A DNA stretch of 64,000 nt, from NCBI GenBank assembly GCA_963814365.1, contig CAWFCL010000004.1, positions 1,034,660-1,098,659 of the forward strand, in the 5' to 3' direction. This DNA is from an uncultured Actinomycetes bacterium. Its GTDB lineage: Bacteria > Actinomycetota > Thermoleophilia > RBG-16-64-13. Made by a program: the position numbers and the translations under genes. Positions 58,815 to 64,000 of this stretch are shown here, piece by piece. Within the stretch, counting starts at the first letter, position 1. Every line of letters starts with the position of its first letter. The notes under the pieces are model-generated. The model ran no database searches. It worked only from the letters and a program-made list of their open reading frames with translations, and was not told the origin of the DNA.

Positions 58815-59714
58815 TCACTTGAGCGCTTCTACTATCTTGGAGACGTTCCACCGCATCATCTCAATGTAAGTGGAAGCGCCCGGCCCCAAAGAGTGTGTGT
58901 ACAAATCGGTGACTACCGTCGCTCCGGTGGCTTCTCCCACCTGTTCAGCCAGCTCACTGTCGCCGCCGCTCTCCAAGAATATGGCTGGGGCACCGGATTG
59001 CAGTATCGCGTCGATCAGTTCGGCGATCCGTCGCGCAGACGGGCTGCCTTCTCCTGTGGTAGTAGGAAAGACCGCCCCGACGAGCTCGAACCCGTACCTT
59101 TCCGCGAATCGGCCAAGACTCTCGTGATCGGTCACCAATAGCCGTTGACCTGGAGGGATCGAATCCACCTGTGTTCTTATCCATGAGTCTAAGCCACGCA
59201 ACGTCTCAGCATAGACGGCTGCGTTCTCTGCATATGTCTCGGCCCCGGCCGGGTCCAATGCGCCAAGGCCAGCAGCGATGTTCTCTACGTACGTGACCAC
59301 CGATATGGGATCAAGCCAGCAGTGTGGGTCGTCCTGCAAACCGGGCAGCCCGAAGGCGGCCTCTATAACCGGCCTCTCCTTGCCTCTCACTCCCTCTAGC
59401 AGATCGTCAACGGCAGGCGCCAATCCGGCTACATTGATGACCATCGCGCGACATTCCGCGATGCAGCCGGCGTCCCTGGGTGTAGGTTCGAAGGTGTGTG
59501 GGTCGGCGCCCTGAGGAATGAGTGACGACACAGTCAGCCGACTGCCTGCTACGTTGCCGACAATATCGGCCAGAAAACTGGTATCGGCGACTATGTCCGC
59601 GCAACCCGAAGACAAGAGGCCGGCTTCAGCGTCCTCGCCTGTCGTGCATCCCACCAGGCAGACCAACAAAGCCAGCAAGAGAGCCACCCCTGCCGGTACT
59701 CTGACAAGTCCCAC
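58815..59714 (-). CDS. Metal ABC transporter substrate-binding lipoprotein (ZnuA/TroA/MntC family)
   Basis: Family-9 SBP character. GTG 59714 follows GGAGGGGGA and yields the lipoprotein signal VGLVRVPAGVALLLALLVCLVGC. The track ORF extends to 59858, across the hisG end. Confidence 0.85.
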   Translation of the reverse strand: MGLVRVPAGVALLLALLVCLVGCTTGEDAEAGLLSSGCADIVADTSFLADIVGNVAGSRLTVSSLIPQGADPHTFEPTPRDAGCIAECRAMVINVAGLAPAVDDLLEGVRGKERPVIEAAFGLPGLQDDPHCWLDPISVVTYVENIAAGLGALDPAGAETYAENAAVYAETLRGLDSWIRTQVDSIPPGQRLLVTDHESLGRFAERYGFELVGAVFPTTTGEGSPSARRIAELIDAILQSGAPAIFLESGGDSELAEQVGEATGATVVTDLYTHSLGPGASTYIEMMRWNVSKIVEALK

Positions 59715-59740
59715 CTTATCCCCCTCCGCAGACCCCTTTG

Positions 59741-60610
59741 TCACATGACGATCTTGTTGAGCGGATATTCGACTATCCCCTGCGCACCAGCCTTCTTGAG
59801 TCTGGGGATGATGACGCGGACAGTGGACTCGTCGACGATGGTATTGACCGCCAACCACCCTTCGTCACTGAGAGTGGATATGGTGGGGTTGCGCAACGCC
59901 GGCAGTTCACTCAAGACAGATTTCAACTCCTCGCGCCGTACGTTGAGCATCAGCCCGACCTTGCCGAGCGCCGACATCGCCGCCTCCAGCAGCATGGCCA
60001 TGTCCTCCAGCTTGTGCCGCTTCTCCGGATCTTTCCAAGAATCGCCGTTGGCGATCAATTGGGTGTTCGATTCCAAGACCGTTTCGACGATACGGAGCTT
60101 GTTTGCCCTAAGAGAACTGCCTGTCTCGGTGACCTCGACTATGGCGTCCGCCAGTTCCGGCGGCTTGACCTCCGTCGCGCCCCAGCTGAATTCCACTTGG
60201 GCGTTCACGCCGTTGTCGCTGAGGTACCGCTTGGTGGTGGCCACCAGCTCGGTGGCGATGATCTTGCCCTCCAAGTCCGCCACACTGGTCACCTGCGAAG
60301 CCTCAGGGACCGCCAGCACCCACCGCACTTTGCCGTAGCTCTGCTTGGCATAGACCAGGTCGCACACAGTATGTACGCTCGCCTCGTTCTCCCGGACCCA
60401 GTCCAGACCGGTGATACCGGCATCGAGTATGCCGTTCTCAACGTATCGCGCCATCTCCTGAGCGCGCACCAACAAGCACTCCAACTCCGGATCATCGATG
60501 ACCGGAAAGTAGGACCTATGACTTGTGGTCAGATTGAAGCCGGCACGACGGAACAGGTCGATGGTGGCCGACTCGAGACTGCCTTTGGGTATTCCTATCT
60601 TGAGTATCAT
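59741..60610 (-). CDS. hisG: ATP phosphoribosyltransferase (long form)
   Basis: [12 protein letters not shown]... with the C-terminal regulatory domain, 289 aa from ATG 60610. That ATG lies 7 nt after a TATAAT box, so the mRNA is probably leaderless. The track ORF extends to 60820. Confidence 0.9.
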   Translation of the reverse strand: MILKIGIPKGSLESATIDLFRRAGFNLTTSHRSYFPVIDDPELECLLVRAQEMARYVENGILDAGITGLDWVRENEASVHTVCDLVYAKQSYGKVRWVLAVPEASQVTSVADLEGKIIATELVATTKRYLSDNGVNAQVEFSWGATEVKPPELADAIVEVTETGSSLRANKLRIVETVLESNTQLIANGDSWKDPEKRHKLEDMAMLLEAAMSALGKVGLMLNVRREELKSVLSELPALRNPTISTLSDEGWLAVNTIVDESTVRVIIPRLKKAGAQGIVEYPLNKIVM

Positions 60611-60674
60611 GTTGCGCATTATAGCCGGGTGCAGTTGATGACGCGCCCCCTTTGGCCCATTATTGCGGTTCACA

Positions 60675-62033
60675 ATGTCCGAAACCGACAAGATCCCGCC
60701 CCTAGACTCCCGTCGAGTCTTTCGCACCTGGTGGCCCCTGGCCGCCAGTTGGACACTTATGGGCCTGGAGAACCCCGCCATCAGCGCCGTCATCTCCCGG
60801 CTCGCCGAGCCCAAGATCAACCTGGCCGCTTATGGCGGCCTGGTGTTCCCCCTCACCTTGATGGTAGAAGCCCCCATCATCATGATGTTGGCCGCCTCGA
60901 CTGCGCTGAGCAGAGATTGGACCTCTTACCTCAAGCTGCGCCGATTCATGAACTGGACGAGTCTCGGTCTGACTCTCCTACATGTGATCCTGGTCGCCAC
61001 CCCGGTATACGACTTTCTTGCCAACTCGGTGCTGCACGCCCCCGAAGAGATCGTGGCCCCCGCTCGCTTGGGCCTACTCATCACCATACCTTGGACCTGG
61101 TCAATCGCCTACCGCCGCTTCAATCAAGGCATCCTGATACGCTTCGGGCACTCCCTCAGGGTCGGCATCGGCACAGGTATCCGCCTCGTGGCCGATGCCA
61201 CAGTCCTCTTACTCGGCTACTCCATCGGCCGCATGTCGGGCGTGGCCGTCGCCGCCTGCACCCTGGTGGCAGGAGTGGTGACCGAGGCTATTTACATACA
61301 CCTCGCAGTCCGCAGGACTCTGCGCGACAGGCTCCGACCGGCCCCTCAGGCCTCCCCCTCCCTGACCACCAGAGTGCTGCTTCGTTTCTACATCCCTCTC
61401 TCGCTGACCGAGATCCTGCTGCTCTTGGTCAACCCCATTGGCAGCGCAGCGATGGGCCGCATGCCACTGGCGCTCGAATCCCTGGCCGCCTGGCCGGTCA
61501 TCGCAAGCGTGGGTTACATCACCCGAGGGTTCGGCGGGGCCTTCAACGAGGTCGTTGTCGCGCTCATCGAGAAGTGTTCATCCAGCCGCGTCTTGCGGCG
61601 CTTCGGGCTGGCGCTTTCCATAGCGTCGACCGCCCTGCTTCTCGTGCCCATGATCCCCGGAGTGAGCAAAGCGTTGTTCGTCGACCTGCTGGGCTTGGCC
61701 GACCCCCTGCCTCACCTAATCAGCGTAAGCATCCTCTTCCTGCTACCTCTGCCCGCGCTTACCGTCATACAGAGCTATCTGCAAGGCGTGATACTCAACA
61801 GCCGGCATACCCGGGCGATCACAGAGTCTGTAGGCCTGTTCCTCTTACTGTCTGCAGTCCTTCTGGTAGTCGGAGCCGTGTGGGGGACCTTGGCCGGTGT
61901 CTACTTCGCTCTCATGGCGTTCACCTCGGGCGAGATACTGCGGACTCTGTGGCTAGGGCTCCGCAGCCGGCGAGCTCTGCGCCAGCTCTCCGCTAGAGAC
62001 GCCGGTGCAGCAGGGCCTTGCTCAGGCGACTAG
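60675..62033 (+). CDS. MATE/MOP-superfamily polytopic membrane transporter (putative)
   Basis: ~452 aa with ~12 predicted hydrophobic helices and a MATE-like N-terminal pattern ([16 protein letters not shown]...). Family assignment by eye only. Confidence 0.6.
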   Translation: MSETDKIPPLDSRRVFRTWWPLAASWTLMGLENPAISAVISRLAEPKINLAAYGGLVFPLTLMVEAPIIMMLAASTALSRDWTSYLKLRRFMNWTSLGLTLLHVILVATPVYDFLANSVLHAPEEIVAPARLGLLITIPWTWSIAYRRFNQGILIRFGHSLRVGIGTGIRLVADATVLLLGYSIGRMSGVAVAACTLVAGVVTEAIYIHLAVRRTLRDRLRPAPQASPSLTTRVLLRFYIPLSLTEILLLLVNPIGSAAMGRMPLALESLAAWPVIASVGYITRGFGGAFNEVVVALIEKCSSSRVLRRFGLALSIASTALLLVPMIPGVSKALFVDLLGLADPLPHLISVSILFLLPLPALTVIQSYLQGVILNSRHTRAITESVGLFLLLSAVLLVVGAVWGTLAGVYFALMAFTSGEILRTLWLGLRSRRALRQLSARDAGAAGPCSGD

Positions 62034-62551
62034 CAGATCGTGCCCGGCTGGTGCAGCAAGCTCTCCCAGATATGGATATGCCCCGACTCGTCAGCCTGAT
62101 CTTTCTCGACGACCAGACGCGTGTCCTCGTCCCAATCCACTGCCGCCAGCAGTTCCGCATAGTGATGCACCGCCTTCTTCTCCACCCAAATGCCAGTCTT
62201 CAGGATGCCTCTCTCGCCTAACAAGCGGGAGCCGAGCCCGAACACATAGCCAACCAGCCAATACGTCCAGCGCCACTTGCTGGGTGTGAAGCCGTACTCG
62301 AACAGTTTGGTTTGAAAATCCTGGGTGTGGGTCATCTCGTTACACATGGCCGCGGTAAGCGCGGTATTTAGTGAGCATGACTTGGCCGTGATCTGACACG
62401 CGTATATCTTGGCGGCCATGATCTCCAGAGTATGAAGTGTACGAAGCGCGGCGCGCAGAGCCGCCCTATCTTGTCGAGTCAAAGATCGGCCTCTGGACCT
62501 CACCCACTCGACTCGCATCTCCGGCCGGATGACCTCGGTGTCGTGGATCAT
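62030..62551 (-). CDS. Ferritin-like di-iron protein, COQ7/demethoxyubiquinone hydroxylase family-like
   Basis: Four-helix di-iron ligand pattern E...ExxH...E...ExxH (LEIMAAK, NEMTHTQ, VEKKAVHHY, DESGHIH). ATG follows GAGGAGAGGAAG. Confidence 0.6.
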   Translation of the reverse strand: MIHDTEVIRPEMRVEWVRSRGRSLTRQDRAALRAALRTLHTLEIMAAKIYACQITAKSCSLNTALTAAMCNEMTHTQDFQTKLFEYGFTPSKWRWTYWLVGYVFGLGSRLLGERGILKTGIWVEKKAVHHYAELLAAVDWDEDTRLVVEKDQADESGHIHIWESLLHQPGTIC

Positions 62552-62579
62552 CGCTTCCTCTCCTCGTCCAAAGAAAGCA

Positions 62580-64000
62580 CTATGTGGTGATGCGTTGCAC
62601 TTCCTCGATACTCGTCATTCCGGCGAGCACCTTCTTTCTCCCGTCGTCGCGCAGTGAGCCCACGCCGGTTTCCCTGGCTTGATCGCGTATGGCCTCAGCC
62701 GTTGCGTGCTCCAGCACCAGACGCCGGATCTCTCGGGTGATCGTCAAAACCTCGAATAGCCCTACCCTACCGCTGTAACCAGTATTGAAACAATGCTTGC
62801 ATCCTATTGGTCTTGCAATAGTCGCTGCATTCACGCCCAGGAATTCCCGCTCCTCTAAGGTCATCGTGGCATCCGTGAGTTCGACCATCTCTTTGCAGCG
62901 AGCACACAGACGTCGGGCAAGCCTCTGGGCTACCACCAGCTCCAACGTAGAAGCAATCAGATAGCCCGGCAGACCCATCTCCAAGAGACGCGTGACCGCG
63001 GAGGAAGCATCGCTGGTGTGCAGAGTAGAGAGCACGAGATGACCAGTCAGGGAGGCCTCCGCGGATATCACCGCTGTCTCGCGGTCCCGGATCTCGCCGA
63101 TCATGATGATGTTGGGATCGCTGCGGAGGAGCGAGCGGAGCATAGAGGCGAACGTCACCCCTATGGCCGAGTGCACCTGAGACTGGACGATGCCAGGTAT
63201 GCGCCGTTCTACAGGGTCTTCGACCGTGTAGATCTTGATGCTCGGACTGTTGACCTCCTGTAGCCCCGCGTAGAGCGTGGTCGACTTGCCCGAGCCCGTC
63301 GGTCCTGTGATCAGCACCTCTCCCCAAGGCTTGCGCACCGCTTGTCTAAAGAGTTCCAACTCAGTCTCGTCCATCCCCAGGGCAGGCAAGGTTAGAGTCG
63401 TCCCCTGATCGTCCAGGATGCGGATAGTCACCGCCTCACCGAACACCGACGGGATACTTGCGATACGCAGATCGATGTTCCTGTCGTCCAAGCGGAGTGT
63501 CGCCCGACCGTCCTGCGGAACACGCTTCTCCGCAATATCCATGTCTGCCATGACCTTGATGCGCGAGATGACACCCTGCCGCAAGGAGCTCTTGACCTCG
63601 GTCAGTCGCTGCATGACTCCGTCGGTGCGCACTCTCACGACCATGCGATCGGCGGCGGGCTCGAAGTGAATATCGGTGGCCTTGCGTCTGATGGCCGTGG
63701 CCATGATCTTCTCCACCAAAGACACAACTGTCTCGTATTCGGCGACCTCACGGTCGCTGGGGCCCTTGTGGACACCTTGGGCGTCATCGGCCATCTCCAG
63801 CCGCGTCCTACCTCCAAATACGACTTCTAGGGCCTCCGCTATGGCCCCCCGGGTCGCCGCGATCGCCCTGACCTGCAATCCAGTCACAAGGCGAACGTCA
63901 TCGATAGTGCCTACGTCACCAGGATCGACCATGGCCAGGAGCAACAACCGGTCCGTGTCCATATCCAGCGGCAACACCAGACGCGCCCGGCAGAAATTCT
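62580..64000 (-). CDS. GspE/PilB-family type II/IV secretion ATPase (5' end beyond the window)
   Basis: T2SSE_N region (VLPLDMDTDRLLLLAMVDP), Walker A GPTGSGKST, Asp/His boxes and a tetracysteine motif (CARC...CKHC). The reading frame stays open to position 64000. Confidence 0.9.
   Translation of the reverse strand, partial: NFCRARLVLPLDMDTDRLLLLAMVDPGDVGTIDDVRLVTGLQVRAIAATRGAIAEALEVVFGGRTRLEMADDAQGVHKGPSDREVAEYETVVSLVEKIMATAIRRKATDIHFEPAADRMVVRVRTDGVMQRLTEVKSSLRQGVISRIKVMADMDIAEKRVPQDGRATLRLDDRNIDLRIASIPSVFGEAVTIRILDDQGTTLTLPALGMDETELELFRQAVRKPWGEVLITGPTGSGKSTTLYAGLQEVNSPSIKIYTVEDPVERRIPGIVQSQVHSAIGVTFASMLRSLLRSDPNIIMIGEIRDRETAVISAEASLTGHLVLSTLHTSDASSAVTRLLEMGLPGYLIASTLELVVAQRLARRLCARCKEMVELTDATMTLEEREFLGVNAATIARPIGCKHCFNTGYSGRVGLFEVLTITREIRRLVLEHATAEAIRDQARETGVGSLRDDGRKKVLAGMTSIEEVQRITT

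Noticed and set aside
59738-61996. 752-aa + strand ORF, the longest unassigned ORF in the track
   Set aside because: It is extremely R/P/H/G-rich and low in complexity. It runs antisense to hisG and then out of frame through the MATE-like gene, both of which have clear family features. It has no motifs of its own, so I treat it as spurious.

Overview
This is a 64-kb high-GC chromosomal segment whose gene content and synteny look Gram-positive and Actinobacteria-like. Supporting blocks are uvrC-rapZ-whiA-gap-pgk-tpiA-secG and tsaE-tsaB-rimI-tsaD-groES-groEL with a CIRCE operator, plus several -10-only or leaderless starts. I call about 60 protein genes (most on the minus strand) and two tRNAs (Ala-GGC, Gly-CCC). 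I saw no rRNA, CRISPR array, transposase, integrase or phage gene, so this is core housekeeping DNA rather than an island. Four things merit follow-up. (1) An acetate/monocarboxylate transport neighbourhood (DUF485-ActP, and SatP fused to an RsbR-N-like domain) sits beside a translationally coupled PHP phosphoesterase and a membrane Cache-PAS-CBS-DUF294 nucleotidyltransferase; to my knowledge DUF294 has no assigned function. (2) A promoter-to-terminator, ~160-nt structured candidate sRNA lies at 45.6 kb. (3) Four housekeeping genes (DD-carboxypeptidase, tsaD, tsaE, ABC-3 permease) are each broken by an apparent 1-nt insertion at a doubled base, most likely sequence error. (4) There are unusual fusions and variants: rimI-tsaD, HPS-RraA, and a K+ channel with a TVGYKE filter. 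In the ORF track the first M often stands for GTG or TTG, and several long ORFs are antisense artefacts typical of high-GC DNA. I re-picked starts from SD, overlap and homology-length arguments, so starts are less certain than stops. All family calls come from motif recognition by eye; no searches were run.
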